Part shown: positions 9,366-20,641 of the stretch, piece after piece | Layout: each line of letters starts with the position of its first letter | How positions within the stretch are numbered: position 1 is the first letter of the stretch | Origin: a virus | Lineage: Duplodnaviria > Caudoviricetes | IMG/VR virus record: IMGVR_UViG_3300030451_001154 | Span: 1-60,583 of that record | DNA: 60,583 bases | Direction: 5' to 3' (one strand) | Notes under the pieces: model-generated | Told to the model about the DNA's origin: nothing | Databases searched by the model: none | What the model saw: only the letters and a program-made list of their open reading frames with translations | Program-made: the position numbers and the translations under genes

Positions 9366-10360
9366 TGGCAGATCAAAATATTACGCAAGAACAAACCGTT
9401 AGACTTGCTCCATTTCAAGAAGAGTTTTTAGCAGATATATTTGAAAGTGTTAAAAATTTAACAGGTGATGGCACACAAATGCCTTTTGCTGAACAGCAGT
9501 TGGCAGGTTTATCACAAGGACAACAACAAGCTATAGCAAACGCACTCAGTGGAGTGGGTGCTTTTCAACCTTTTTTACAGAAAGGAGCGGAGGCTATAGG
9601 TCAAGGTATAGGTGCAGTTGGCACTGGTCTTGGAACGATAGGAAGTGCAATAGGACAAACGGCTGAAGCTGGTTTTGATCCGACATCTTATCAACAGTTT
9701 ATGGATCCGTTTACTGAAAGTGTTATAGCACAAACACAAGCAGACATAGCAAGACAAGGTGCTATACAACAAGGAAATATAGGAGCAAGAGCCGCCTCTG
9801 CTGGAGCATTTGGTGGATCTAGACAAGCGGTCGCAGAGCAAGAACTCGCTAGAAATGTCATGGATCAACAAGCAAGAACTGGAGCACAGTTAAGATCACA
9901 AGGTTTCGCACAAGCACAACAATTAGCACAACAACAAGCTAATCAAGCATTAAGACAAGCACAACTTACTGGTCAATTAGGGCAAACAACTGGTGCTCTC
10001 GGATCACAGATTGGACAAATGGGTGTACAAACTGCTGGACTAGGACAACTTGGTCAACAGTTAGGAGTGCAGGATATCAATACACTATTAGGTATTGGTG
10101 GTCTTCAACAACAACAAGGACAGAAAGAATTTGATGTTGCAAGAGCTAACGAACTTGCAAGACAAGCGTTGCCTTATCAACAAGTAGGATTTATGTCTGA
10201 TATATTTAGAGGTGTACCAGCATTACAACAAACAACTTCAACGACAACTAGACCTGGTCCAAGTACAGGATCACAGTTACTTGGTTTAGGAATCGCAGGT
10301 CTTGGAGCGGTAGGACAAGCTGGTGGCTTTAGTAATTTCTTTGGACCGAGAGCAGCATAA
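9365..10360 (+). CDS. Gln/Ala/Gly-rich ejection (pilot-like) protein
   Basis: MDPF, AGAFGGSRQ motif, Q-rich coil, hydrophobic C-terminus. Confidence 0.65.
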   Translation: MADQNITQEQTVRLAPFQEEFLADIFESVKNLTGDGTQMPFAEQQLAGLSQGQQQAIANALSGVGAFQPFLQKGAEAIGQGIGAVGTGLGTIGSAIGQTAEAGFDPTSYQQFMDPFTESVIAQTQADIARQGAIQQGNIGARAASAGAFGGSRQAVAEQELARNVMDQQARTGAQLRSQGFAQAQQLAQQQANQALRQAQLTGQLGQTTGALGSQIGQMGVQTAGLGQLGQQLGVQDINTLLGIGGLQQQQGQKEFDVARANELARQALPYQQVGFMSDIFRGVPALQQTTSTTTRPGPSTGSQLLGLGIAGLGAVGQAGGFSNFFGPRAA

Positions 10361-12240
10361 TGAGCATATACGATAGACCAATGTTTCGTAAAAAAGGTGG
10401 AGCCACTGGGATCATGGCTAGTGGACCAAATATAATTAAAGCTGCATTAGGCACATCTGTTAATCGTAAAAATCAGTTTCCTAGTGTTCAAGCTTTTAAC
10501 TACGGTATTGTTCCAGCGTCAACTGCTATTGCAAGTCCTATACTAACTGGTGATAAAAAGTATAGTGGTATAGACAAGATATTAAAACAGTATTCTGAGG
10601 CACCTGGAAGTACGATATTTGATGGCCCTGGTCAATTCAAAGTAGATTCGATTTACCATCCAGGTGTCATGGGTAAAAAAATGGCTCAAACAAAAATATT
10701 TAGTTCAGAAGAAAAAGATTCGGCGGCAGAGGAAAAGAAGAGAAAAGCTGTAAAGCAAATGGCTGAACAAGAAGCCAATATAGACAAACAAATAAAACTT
10801 GAAAAGTCTGGCAAGACATCGGATTTTGGATCTGGTAAAACAATAAACGAAATCAATAAAAATATATTAGATAAAAAAGTTACAAAAAATACTGATGTTA
10901 TTGATGAAGGAACTGGTAATGTATTTACTTCGGCAGAAGACGACTCTAATTTAGTTACAGGAGGAGAAACTACTGGAGGGACAACAGCAAAATCGTTTGA
11001 CTTTAATGACGTAAATGAAAGAATACAAACTCAGACCAGAGAGCTTCAAGATATATATAATAACTATGCCTCAGATTTAGAAGATGTTAACTCTGCCACT
11101 TATTTGGGTAAAACTTTCGAACAACATCAACAAGATTATTTTGATGCCTTAAATAAAAAACCAGAAGAAGTTACTTTTGCAGACGTAAAAGACGCAGCTT
11201 TTGATATGCTCGGATACGACAAAGATAAGTTAGATGAAAATTTATCAAAAGATCAACAAGGTTCTATTTGGCTTAACATGATGAGAGCAGGTCTTGCTAT
11301 GGCGGCAGGAGAAAGTTCAAACACACTTACTAATGTAGCAAAAGGTTTTAGTGTTGGTCTTGAAGGCTATGGAAGAGACATGAAAAATCTTAGAGATGAT
11401 TACAGAGAAGATGTAGAAAAATATCAAAACACAATGTATAGATTGTTAAAAGACGAAAAGGCAGAAAGAGTGGCTATGAACGCATTAGATGTTCAAAGAA
11501 AAGCTGCACAGTTTAACATAGTTCAACAAACTCGTGGTGAAGCAAGAGAAGATTTGTTAAATAAGTTAAACACAGAAGTTGCATTGAGAAAAATAAAATT
11601 AAATACCATGAGCACTCTTGCACAATTTGATCTTGAAAAGTTTAAACTAGATAAATCTTCAGATGAATTTCAAAAAACACTAGAGATGTCAAAAGCAAAG
11701 ATAGCTGCTATGTTACCAGATGAAATACAAGGAGCAATAGCTAGTGGTCTTGTTCAATTAAAAAATCCTGATGACCCAGCTACAGCAGATAATTTAGAGT
11801 TGACTAAGAAAGGTATTGATAGTGCATTTGATTTAATTAAAGCATTAAAAGATGGTAGTAAAAAATATCCAAGTGAGGCTATGCAAAAAATAAGTATCTC
11901 TGGTGGAACTGGAGGGTATGGCATTTCAGCCACTGAAGGCACAGAGTTGACAGACCAAATGAAAAGTGAACTTGGTGCAACCATTCAGAGTTTACAGAAG
12001 TCAACCAGTCCATATCAAAAAGCATTAGATCCTACCACTTCAAATCCAAGTGCAGCATTAAGTGCTTTGATCACTGAGTACAGACCTTTATACAATAAAT
12101 ATAAAGGAAAGATACAACTTAACTATTTAGATTTACCAGAACAGATAAAGACTGCAATAGAAGAAAATGACGAAGATACAATGAAAGTATTGCAGAGAAA
12201 CAAATCTTTGTTTACTAACTTTGGTGCAACTTTCGGTTAA
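10360..12240 (+). CDS. Internal virion protein
   Basis: DRPMFR N-terminus, long helical region; position in ejection cluster. Confidence 0.55.
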   Translation: MSIYDRPMFRKKGGATGIMASGPNIIKAALGTSVNRKNQFPSVQAFNYGIVPASTAIASPILTGDKKYSGIDKILKQYSEAPGSTIFDGPGQFKVDSIYHPGVMGKKMAQTKIFSSEEKDSAAEEKKRKAVKQMAEQEANIDKQIKLEKSGKTSDFGSGKTINEINKNILDKKVTKNTDVIDEGTGNVFTSAEDDSNLVTGGETTGGTTAKSFDFNDVNERIQTQTRELQDIYNNYASDLEDVNSATYLGKTFEQHQQDYFDALNKKPEEVTFADVKDAAFDMLGYDKDKLDENLSKDQQGSIWLNMMRAGLAMAAGESSNTLTNVAKGFSVGLEGYGRDMKNLRDDYREDVEKYQNTMYRLLKDEKAERVAMNALDVQRKAAQFNIVQQTRGEAREDLLNKLNTEVALRKIKLNTMSTLAQFDLEKFKLDKSSDEFQKTLEMSKAKIAAMLPDEIQGAIASGLVQLKNPDDPATADNLELTKKGIDSAFDLIKALKDGSKKYPSEAMQKISISGGTGGYGISATEGTELTDQMKSELGATIQSLQKSTSPYQKALDPTTSNPSAALSALITEYRPLYNKYKGKIQLNYLDLPEQIKTAIEENDEDTMKVLQRNKSLFTNFGATFG

Positions 12241-12244
12241 TTAA

Positions 12245-15200
12245 ATGTTTACTTATAATGTTGATGGAAAAAACTACACTTACTCAAAAGAGATAGGTCA
12301 AGAAGAAGCTGAAAGAAGAGTAAGACAGTTTGAAGAAAAAGTAGCAAAAGCTCAAAAAGGCGACCCTCAAGAGTATGAAGGATTTTTTACTGAAGCTGGT
12401 GAAGGTGTGCTTTCTGGTTTATCAAAAATACCAGAAGGTATCATATCAGTTGGAACTTTAGCATCTGACGCAATTACTGGAGGCAATGCCACTGGTCTTG
12501 TTGAACAATGGTTTGATGGACTTAGAGAAGATCTTGGTATAGATCCTACGGGTGCAGCGGGTAAAGTCACAGAAGCATTGGTGCAGTTTGGTATACCTGG
12601 TGTTGCCGCCGCCTCTGCCGTGTCAAAGGTGGGACGAGTAGCACGAATCATGAGAGGTCAGCCAAGAATGGCTGTGAAAAACCGTAAGATAGAGTCTTAT
12701 CAATTAGGAACTAAATTAGGTGCTGTTAGAAAAGGACGAGATCCTTTTACTATGTTTGAGAAAAAACCTACTGTGTTTGGATTACCTGGTAAAGTCAGAA
12801 CCAAAGCACAAAAAGTAGGTCGATACGCTACCATGTTAGGTGCGGCTGGTTTAGCAGATGCCATAGTTTCTACAGATGATACTCAAACATTAGGAGATTT
12901 TTTTGACGCTGGTCCAACAAATACAGTTGATGCAGTTGGCATGGATGGTCAAGAAAGAGCTTTTGCAAAAATAGCAAATAAACTTAAAGTTGGTCTTGAG
13001 GGTGGAATAGCAACGGGTGTCATTCCTCCAGCATTAGGTGCTTCTTTTACAGTTCTAAACAAGACTCTCGGTGCAAGACCAGTGGAAGGAATAAGAGCTT
13101 TAAATGAAAAAGTCGGTAACATAGCGGGTAAAATTCTTCCAGAAAATACAACAGTTTTAGACATAGCTAGTGGTATGACAGTTCCTTTAGCTAGAGGCAT
13201 GATAGACACTGCTAAAAGATCTATTGCTAAAAGAGAGGAGTTACTTACCAAAGATCCTCAACAACTATCAACCTTGTCTGGTTTTATCGCTAAAATGGAA
13301 TCTTTGTTAAGATACAGAGGTTTTTTAGATCCAGTTGTTGCAAGAGCTAGATCTTTAATTAATCCAGAAGTAGAAGGCAACATTAAAATTGCCAAACAAA
13401 AAATGCAAGAGATCGATAAAAAAATTACTGAAACTTTAAAGAATCCTCGTTTTACTGGATTACCAGATCACAGTAAAAGAAAGTATGTGGATAATTTTAT
13501 GGATGTCTTGGAGGGAGCAAGAAAAAATCAAAATTTACAAGGCTTGTCACGCAATCAACAACAAATAGCAAGACAAAAAGCAAACAAGATTGTAGATTTA
13601 CCAGATGAATTATACACCTTATATGTAGATGCGGCTAATATGATTAAGAAGTTATCTGATCAGTTTGTAGCAAGTAAAGTTATTCAAGATCTACCAGATG
13701 ATGCAGTTATTCAAGGCAACCTCACTAGATATCAATTTGAAGCTCAAGTTGAAAAAATGATGAGAGAGGGAGGATATTTAAGAAGATTATATAGAATATA
13801 TAATGACAAGAACTATAAGATACAACCTCAAGCAAAAGAAGCAATCATACAGAAAATTATTGCAAGAGAAGGTACAGATTTAGGACACATAAGAGGTATC
13901 TTATCTGAAACACCAATGAGAATAACTGATCAACAAATGGATGACATAATCAATGGTGGAGCTACTCTTACAAGACAACAAGCAGAGGCGTACATAAATA
14001 AAGTAGTAGCAAACGCAAAAGCAAAAGGTGGAAACAGAGGCATTGGTCTTAATAGATTGTTTCAAACAAGATTAGACACAAGTTTAATTAATAAAAGAAA
14101 AGTAGATAGTCAAGTTTTAAGAGAGATACTTGGTGAGGTTAGAGATCCAAGAGAGGCTTTTATATCTACTGTATCTGAGTTATCTAACTTTGTTGCTACA
14201 GATAGATTCTTATCGTTGTTCAAACAATCTGCTGATGCAAACATAGCTTCAGTTGCCGCGAGAAATGCAGCACGAGCCACGGAAGTTGGAGCGACCCCTG
14301 AAAAACAACTCTTCTTTAAAATGGATGATGAAATCATAAAATACATAAAAGAAAGAGCAACTACCTATGATGTTGATCCAAACCAAATTAGTAGAATAGG
14401 TCAACTAGACCAACAACTTTTAGGTAAAGCTTTAGATGATTGGTTAGAAGATAATCCTAATCATGTAATCTTGGGACGTTCTGGAGAGACAACTGTAGCA
14501 AGAGATGCTTACTCTCCTGGTGCTAATCAAACAAGCAGTATTTATGGAACTATGTTTGGCTACGCAATACCTAGAGTTATGTTTAATAATTTAAGTAATC
14601 ACATTTGGACAGATGCAGACACTATGCCTACATTACTTAGAAAGACTTATGGTTTTATGCAAACACTGAAAGGTGCTACACAATATGCAAAAACAATTTT
14701 ATCTCCTTTAACACAAGTAAGAAACGTAACATCCGCTTCTGGATTTGCAATAGCTCAAGGTAATTATGGCAAGGGAGCTAGTTTAGGATCTTCGTTTAAC
14801 ATAGTTTTAAGAGATGCAATCGATAAAGAACTCAAGACAAAAAACATGACTTTTTTAGATTTACAAAGAGATAATCAAACTCTTGACTTTCTTGTAGAAA
14901 TGCAAAAAAGAGGTGTTATTGGTAGTTCGGCACAATTAAGAGAGATACAAGAAAATTTAAGAAAAGGTTTAGGATACGAAGGCACTGGTGGTTTTGTTCA
15001 AGGTTTAAAAGAATTTGATCCTAGAGGAAAGCAACTTACACAAGGGCAGAGAGCTGATAAACAATTAGGTAAATCAGATCCTACTTTTGATGCAGAAAAA
15101 AGAAGTAAGCTTGGACAGTTTTTTAGAGGGCCTCTTGGTTTTGCAGAAGATTTGTATAGAGGTGGTGATGATGTTTGGAAGATATACAACTACTTATTTG

Positions 15201-17050
15201 AACTTCAGAAGTTTAGAAACGCTAGAAGAAAGATGCAGTCGGCTGCAATAACAAAAGTAAAAAAACAACCAGTAGGTCCACTAGGTAGAAGTTTTGATGA
15301 TCTAAATAAAGAGCAACAAAATAATTTAATCGCAGGTGCGGTAAGAGATGCAGACAGAGAGTTTGGTCGTTACATAGGAGCTAAACCAGATGCGGTTGGT
15401 GATGAACTTGATGAAGCGTTTAAACAGTTTACAGCAGATAATATTCGTAACTTAGTTCCAAACTACGAACTTGTACCAGATATTATAAAAGGATTAAGAG
15501 GATTACCTCTTGGTAACTTTATTGCTTTTCCTGCAGAGATTTTAAGAACTGGATTTAACACATTAGATGTTGCCATGAAAGAACTTGCTAGTGATAGTGC
15601 TGCAATAAGAGAGATAGGAGCAAGGAGATTAACTAACTCTTTGTTCACATTCAGTGTGTTGGGAGATGGACTACAAAGATTTGGTCAAATGATGACTGGA
15701 ACTTCAGACGAAGAGATCGATGCTATTAATAGATTATCTGCACCTTGGCAAAGAAACTCTGTGTTGATACCAGTAGGTAAAGATGAAAAAGGTAATCCAG
15801 AAGTTATAGATTTTAGCTACACGAACCCTTGGGACATGTTGTCTAAACCTTTCCACACAGTTTTTAGATCATTAAGAGAGGGATCAAGATTACAAAAATC
15901 TGACTTTGCCAATATCAGAGGAGCGGCATTTGATTCTCTAGCTGAATTTTTTAGTCCTTTCTTTGAAGTATCTATGATTTATGATGCGGCCCTTGATGTA
16001 CTACCAAAAGAAAGTGCTTTAGGACTTGGAGTTGGAAGAGGAGGACGAACTCGCTCTGGTGCTAAAGTTTATAAAGAAGGTGATGGTTTAGGGTTGTCCA
16101 TAGAAAAAAGTATAATACATCTTCTTGACACTCTTAAACCAAACATTATTCCGATCAGAGTTCCAACTGGTGCAGATCTTGGTATTACTAGAGGACAACC
16201 AGTTAAGTCTCCAGAACTTGGCAGAACTGCAAGAGGTCTTTTATTTCCAGAGGGTGGAGAGTTTTTGGGATTTAATGTAAAAGCAGAGGAGCCTACTACT
16301 GGAAGAGAGTATACAAGATATGGTGAATTATTTAGAGCTTTTACTGGATTACAATCTCAAGTTATAGATAGAGATAAGATTGCAGAGTTTAAAGCTCAAG
16401 AGTTTAAATCACTTAGATCAGAGGCAGCCACATTATTTACTGATGCTTTACGATTAGAAGACCCATCAAAAGAACAGATGTTAGAAGCATATCTAAGAGC
16501 AGATGACGCTAGGCTCAAGGCATTTAGAGAAATGAAATTAAATTATGATAGTTTAAAACGATTAGGTTTTACTAATAATAAAATCGCTAGAATATTAAGA
16601 GAGAAAGCTGGCATAGGAAAAAAAGAAATATTTTCTTTGAGAGCAGATAAATACATACCGTATTTGCCAAGTAAAGAAAGACTGGGTGCAGCTATTAGAA
16701 AAGGAATTAAAGTGCCTTATTCTACTATCATGAGATTATACAGAAAAAGATTTGGAATGAGATTGACTCCAGAACCTAAAGAGGATGTCTCACCACCAAC
16801 TGTAAATGATTTTTTAAGTTTAACAAACACTAAGGCAAATCCTAACTTTAAAGTTAATCCGTTAAACGAAAATCAAAAACTACCAGAACAAACAACACGA
16901 AGGACTACAGAAGATCCAAATATAAATGTAGCAACGGTTACAAATCAACTTCTTAATCCTGCACCAGAGAACAGACAAATAGCAGAATTTCTAGGTGGTA
17001 ACCCAGAGCAAATATTAAAGAACATGGAAATAGCAAGGAGAACTGGATGA
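12245..17050 (+). CDS. Large internal virion / ejection protein (1601 aa)
   Basis: Size, position; PNY..VP...LR.LPLGNFIAFPAEILR motif. Confidence 0.65.
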   Translation: MFTYNVDGKNYTYSKEIGQEEAERRVRQFEEKVAKAQKGDPQEYEGFFTEAGEGVLSGLSKIPEGIISVGTLASDAITGGNATGLVEQWFDGLREDLGIDPTGAAGKVTEALVQFGIPGVAAASAVSKVGRVARIMRGQPRMAVKNRKIESYQLGTKLGAVRKGRDPFTMFEKKPTVFGLPGKVRTKAQKVGRYATMLGAAGLADAIVSTDDTQTLGDFFDAGPTNTVDAVGMDGQERAFAKIANKLKVGLEGGIATGVIPPALGASFTVLNKTLGARPVEGIRALNEKVGNIAGKILPENTTVLDIASGMTVPLARGMIDTAKRSIAKREELLTKDPQQLSTLSGFIAKMESLLRYRGFLDPVVARARSLINPEVEGNIKIAKQKMQEIDKKITETLKNPRFTGLPDHSKRKYVDNFMDVLEGARKNQNLQGLSRNQQQIARQKANKIVDLPDELYTLYVDAANMIKKLSDQFVASKVIQDLPDDAVIQGNLTRYQFEAQVEKMMREGGYLRRLYRIYNDKNYKIQPQAKEAIIQKIIAREGTDLGHIRGILSETPMRITDQQMDDIINGGATLTRQQAEAYINKVVANAKAKGGNRGIGLNRLFQTRLDTSLINKRKVDSQVLREILGEVRDPREAFISTVSELSNFVATDRFLSLFKQSADANIASVAARNAARATEVGATPEKQLFFKMDDEIIKYIKERATTYDVDPNQISRIGQLDQQLLGKALDDWLEDNPNHVILGRSGETTVARDAYSPGANQTSSIYGTMFGYAIPRVMFNNLSNHIWTDADTMPTLLRKTYGFMQTLKGATQYAKTILSPLTQVRNVTSASGFAIAQGNYGKGASLGSSFNIVLRDAIDKELKTKNMTFLDLQRDNQTLDFLVEMQKRGVIGSSAQLREIQENLRKGLGYEGTGGFVQGLKEFDPRGKQLTQGQRADKQLGKSDPTFDAEKRSKLGQFFRGPLGFAEDLYRGGDDVWKIYNYLFELQKFRNARRKMQSAAITKVKKQPVGPLGRSFDDLNKEQQNNLIAGAVRDADREFGRYIGAKPDAVGDELDEAFKQFTADNIRNLVPNYELVPDIIKGLRGLPLGNFIAFPAEILRTGFNTLDVAMKELASDSAAIREIGARRLTNSLFTFSVLGDGLQRFGQMMTGTSDEEIDAINRLSAPWQRNSVLIPVGKDEKGNPEVIDFSYTNPWDMLSKPFHTVFRSLREGSRLQKSDFANIRGAAFDSLAEFFSPFFEVSMIYDAALDVLPKESALGLGVGRGGRTRSGAKVYKEGDGLGLSIEKSIIHLLDTLKPNIIPIRVPTGADLGITRGQPVKSPELGRTARGLLFPEGGEFLGFNVKAEEPTTGREYTRYGELFRAFTGLQSQVIDRDKIAEFKAQEFKSLRSEAATLFTDALRLEDPSKEQMLEAYLRADDARLKAFREMKLNYDSLKRLGFTNNKIARILREKAGIGKKEIFSLRADKYIPYLPSKERLGAAIRKGIKVPYSTIMRLYRKRFGMRLTPEPKEDVSPPTVNDFLSLTNTKANPNFKVNPLNENQKLPEQTTRRTTEDPNINVATVTNQLLNPAPENRQIAEFLGGNPEQILKNMEIARRTG

Positions 17051-17502
17051 GACTTTCAGCAAATTTTACTTTAACAGAATTTACAAAATCGCAAACAGCA
17101 GAGCGAAAAGGTATTGACAACACACCAGATGACAACCATATAGAAGCTATGGAACAGTTATGTCATGCTGTTCTAGAAGAGATACGATATCACTTTCAAA
17201 GACCTATGGTTATTAATTCTGGATATCGCAGTCCCGCCCTATGTGAAGCGATTGGCTCAAAATCAACCAGCCAACATGCAAAAGGTCAAGCGGCTGATAT
17301 AGAAATACCAGGCGTTGATAATTTAAAACTTGCTCAATATATACAAGACAAGATGGACTTTGATCAATTGATTTTAGAATGCTATACTGGAGATCCAAGT
17401 TCTGGTTGGGTTCATGTCTCGTACAATAACAATGGCGAAAACAGAAAAGATGTGCTTACCTATGATAGAACAAATGGTTATAGAAAAGGATTGATAGCAT
17501 GA
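17047..17502 (+). CDS. Endolysin, peptidase M15 family
   Basis: INSGYR...SQH..GQAAD...WVHVS zinc-peptidase motifs. Confidence 0.9.
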   Translation: MRLSANFTLTEFTKSQTAERKGIDNTPDDNHIEAMEQLCHAVLEEIRYHFQRPMVINSGYRSPALCEAIGSKSTSQHAKGQAADIEIPGVDNLKLAQYIQDKMDFDQLILECYTGDPSSGWVHVSYNNNGENRKDVLTYDRTNGYRKGLIA

Positions 17503-17711
17503 AAGAAGGTCCGTTAAAAGACGCAATGAACAACGATCATGGTAACTTAGTTATCAAACAAGAATTTAGTACAATAAAAATTGTAAATAATGTTCTTGTA
17601 AAAGAAGTTGTAACAAGAGATTATGATTTTCATGGAGACTATATAGACACCATGAGTTCACAACCCTTGATGCAAATGGATAAAATACTACCAAAAGAAA
17701 CGATGCACTAA
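17499..17711 (+). CDS. Hypothetical protein
   Basis: ATGA/TAATG coupled ORF. Confidence 0.6.
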   Translation: MKEGPLKDAMNNDHGNLVIKQEFSTIKIVNNVLVKEVVTRDYDFHGDYIDTMSSQPLMQMDKILPKETMH

Positions 17712-18364
17712 TGGCATCATTGATATGTAACCTGCCCTCTGAAGATGTGTGGGTTAGAAAAGAGTATTTAAGAGATCATGAAGATGGTCATGGAGAGTTT
17801 GTTAAGGGGATTTGGGTTACGGCTAAATCTGTTCCTGGGAGAGCGTTTTATTTCGAAACTTATCTTCCTGATTATGGTGCTCTTTACGATAAGCTACCTA
17901 TTTCTGCATTCGTTTCTGACCCAGTTGTCCCTACTCCAGATATGGATCTTTATAATCTTCAGTTTTGGAATTGCATGGATTATGGCGTGGTCGCTATTCA
18001 CAAGCAATTTATAGGATCGATGGACTTTGAAGTATTTACAAGAGATCACGGAACATTGAAAGGTAGCTACATTGCTACCTTGGATAATTATCATGATAGT
18101 GTAGATAGTATTGATTACTCAACAAGTCATAAACCAGCAGAACACAAGTCACATAATTTATTAGAACTAGAAAACGGTCAGTATTGTTTGTATCCAAACA
18201 ACAGAATGAGAGTATATGATAACTCACTCACACCAGATCAACCATTGCAGCCAGACTTCAAAGTTAGCACAGAAATATATCAAGTAGAAAATGGACAGAA
18301 GTTCAGATTAGGCGATACAGACGAGTATTTTTGGAAAACAAAGGACGAAGATAAAAAAAATTAG
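17711..18364 (+). CDS. Conserved marine phage hypothetical protein
   Basis: 217 aa, HKSH...PNNR motif; last gene of + strand block. Confidence 0.65.
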   Translation: MASLICNLPSEDVWVRKEYLRDHEDGHGEFVKGIWVTAKSVPGRAFYFETYLPDYGALYDKLPISAFVSDPVVPTPDMDLYNLQFWNCMDYGVVAIHKQFIGSMDFEVFTRDHGTLKGSYIATLDNYHDSVDSIDYSTSHKPAEHKSHNLLELENGQYCLYPNNRMRVYDNSLTPDQPLQPDFKVSTEIYQVENGQKFRLGDTDEYFWKTKDEDKKN

Positions 18365-18456
18365 GCTCTCAGACGCTCACAGAGAGGCGAAACGATGTCT
18401 CCTAGTATGATTGCATCTAAAAATACGTTTTCTTTTGTACGCTTTTATAATCTCCA

Positions 18457-20367
18457 CTATCCAACTTCACCCCAGTTTTGACCCATTTCAGCGTCAACTT
18501 CAAAGGGAATCTTAAGATCTGATATACAATTAGACATAATGTCTTTTATTTTATCTGAATCATCTTGATTTAATATGCTAAAACAAAGTTCATCATGCAC
18601 AGTTAGCATTGGACATAATCCCTCTTTGTAACAATCAACCATAGCTTTCTTAGTTTGGTCGGCACTCGACCCTTGAATCAGTCTATTCAATGCCTTGTAT
18701 GTGAATGCTCTTCTTATTCTACCTTTACCTCCATATTCAGATATCGCTTCTTTCATGGGTAAGGCTTTATTGTATTGATATGAAATAGGCTCGTACATAT
18801 TAAATCTACATTTACGACCCAACCAAGTTCTAATTACTCCACTATCTGCTGCTCGTCTCATAGCTTTTTCTGAAACTGATTTTAGAAAAGGAACTTTATC
18901 ATTATATTTATCTAATAAACTTGTTGCCTCTTCGATAGATAGATCTAGAATGTTCGCCAACTTAGCTTTACCCATGCCATACATTAAACCAAGGTTAACT
19001 GTCTTTGCTTGTTTTCTTGGTATACCAGCGATGTCTGCAACAATTTGATGAAAGTCGGCTTGACCTTCTTGATACAACTTTACAACATCATCAATTTGTG
19101 GATGTCTATCTATACCTGTCAAGGTGGCACAATAATGCACTAGCCATCTTGGTTCTTGTGAAGCATAATCAAAAGAACCCCATTTGTAACCTTCCTCTGG
19201 AATAAACAAACCACGGATTAATTTTTTTATCTCTGGGTCTCTAGCAGGAATCTGTTGTAAGTTGGGATTACTAGAACTGAAGCGGCCCGTTACTGTGCCG
19301 CCTCCGTCAGTACGAAGAGGATGAAAGTCACAATGTATACGACCATTATGAGAATGTTCAAGAATAGTGTCAACAAAAGTAGTATTTGCTTTGTTTATCT
19401 CTCGAATCTTTATAATCTTTTTTGCAATTGGGTGAGGATGGTTAGCAAGAAACTGTTTTGTAAACGCGGGAGACCCGGACTTTTCTGTGCGAGAATAAGA
19501 AAGACCCATAGCATCAAAGACCTTTGCTACAGATGTGGCGACCCAAGGTTCCATCGTAACTTTTGTTTCAGAGGCTATCTCATCAAGTAAATCTTTCTCT
19601 AATTTTGTTAGATATCGTTTTACTTGTTGAGCCTTATCTAAATCTACACGGACACCTTTTGTTTTCATGTCTAACAATACTGGAGTCAACTGTGTCTCTA
19701 AATTAAATATACTGGTACACTCTTCAGAAACAATTCTATCTTGCAAAATGTTCCAAAGTTTTAATGTTATCGAAGCGTCTTGTTCTGCATATGCACCAAC
19801 ATAACGAGGTGGTAATCTCCACATCTCAGACTTTGGATCTACACCAAACTCTTCTGCCGCACCTTTTAACATCTTTTCATCTTTATATATTTTTAAATAA
19901 TCTCCAGCGACAGAGTTTAAATTATAATATCTTCTGTTCTCGTCTAATATTGGAGCTGCTATCATTGTGTCCCTAATTTTACCCTTAACCTCTATATCCA
20001 CGGATCGTAACCACCCTAAGTCATACAGAGCGTTGTGAAACACAAATGTTTTTGTAGTATCAGAACATAAATCTTTTAACCAACCAAGCACTGGTCTTCT
20101 AGGCATATTCCCAACAGTATGTGCTATCGGAAAATACCAAGAGCTATCTCCCGCCGCCACGGCTATGCCTATAATGTGTCCATCTTTTCTACACCATCCA
20201 GGTCCAAGTTTTAATAGATTCGAGTCTTTGGTTTCTAAATCTATCGCTATGGTATCATACTGTGACAAGTCTGGAATAGTCTGTGGAGGTGTCCAATCAG
20301 AGTCAGCATTACCCCAAGATATATCCCTTATGTCTTGTTCTAGCAAATGATATTGTTCATTTGTCAT
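18457..20367 (-). CDS. polA: DNA polymerase family A with 3'-5' exonuclease
   Basis: DLET, HNALYD, TGRFSS.NPNLQQIP, DYASQEPR, AKTVNLGLMYG, VHDE. Confidence 0.97.
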   Translation of the reverse strand: MTNEQYHLLEQDIRDISWGNADSDWTPPQTIPDLSQYDTIAIDLETKDSNLLKLGPGWCRKDGHIIGIAVAAGDSSWYFPIAHTVGNMPRRPVLGWLKDLCSDTTKTFVFHNALYDLGWLRSVDIEVKGKIRDTMIAAPILDENRRYYNLNSVAGDYLKIYKDEKMLKGAAEEFGVDPKSEMWRLPPRYVGAYAEQDASITLKLWNILQDRIVSEECTSIFNLETQLTPVLLDMKTKGVRVDLDKAQQVKRYLTKLEKDLLDEIASETKVTMEPWVATSVAKVFDAMGLSYSRTEKSGSPAFTKQFLANHPHPIAKKIIKIREINKANTTFVDTILEHSHNGRIHCDFHPLRTDGGGTVTGRFSSSNPNLQQIPARDPEIKKLIRGLFIPEEGYKWGSFDYASQEPRWLVHYCATLTGIDRHPQIDDVVKLYQEGQADFHQIVADIAGIPRKQAKTVNLGLMYGMGKAKLANILDLSIEEATSLLDKYNDKVPFLKSVSEKAMRRAADSGVIRTWLGRKCRFNMYEPISYQYNKALPMKEAISEYGGKGRIRRAFTYKALNRLIQGSSADQTKKAMVDCYKEGLCPMLTVHDELCFSILNQDDSDKIKDIMSNCISDLKIPFEVDAEMGQNWGEVG

Positions 20368-20641
20368 TTATTATTTCGCCTCCCAGAGCAGCGTATCCTA
20401 TGATATCTACCCAACTGTCGTCTTTGTTAATATCTTCAGCTAATCTTGCCACTTTTACCCCTATCATACAAGCTACTGCCTCTTCTGGAGTTATAGGCTC
20501 TTTTAATTTTTTTTCTAGTAAAATCGACCATATGTCAGCTATCCTTTGATGATTCTTTTTTACTGGCCCATAATCTTTTGCTCTTGGTCCATTAATTAAT
20601 TTTTCTGTTTCTTTTAAAAAATATTCTCTGTTTTTCTTCAT
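20357..20641 (-). CDS. DUF6378-like protein
   Basis: R..DYG...N..RIA..W...KVAR...DSWVD..GYAA. Confidence 0.75.
   Translation of the reverse strand: MKKNREYFLKETEKLINGPRAKDYGPVKKNHQRIADIWSILLEKKLKEPITPEEAVACMIGVKVARLAEDINKDDSWVDIIGYAALGGEIINDK

Noticed and set aside
8273-9418. Long minus-strand ORFs opposite ejection proteins (and similar shadows elsewhere)
   Set aside because: Antisense shadows of Gly/Ala-rich codons; the + strand genes are tightly coupled.
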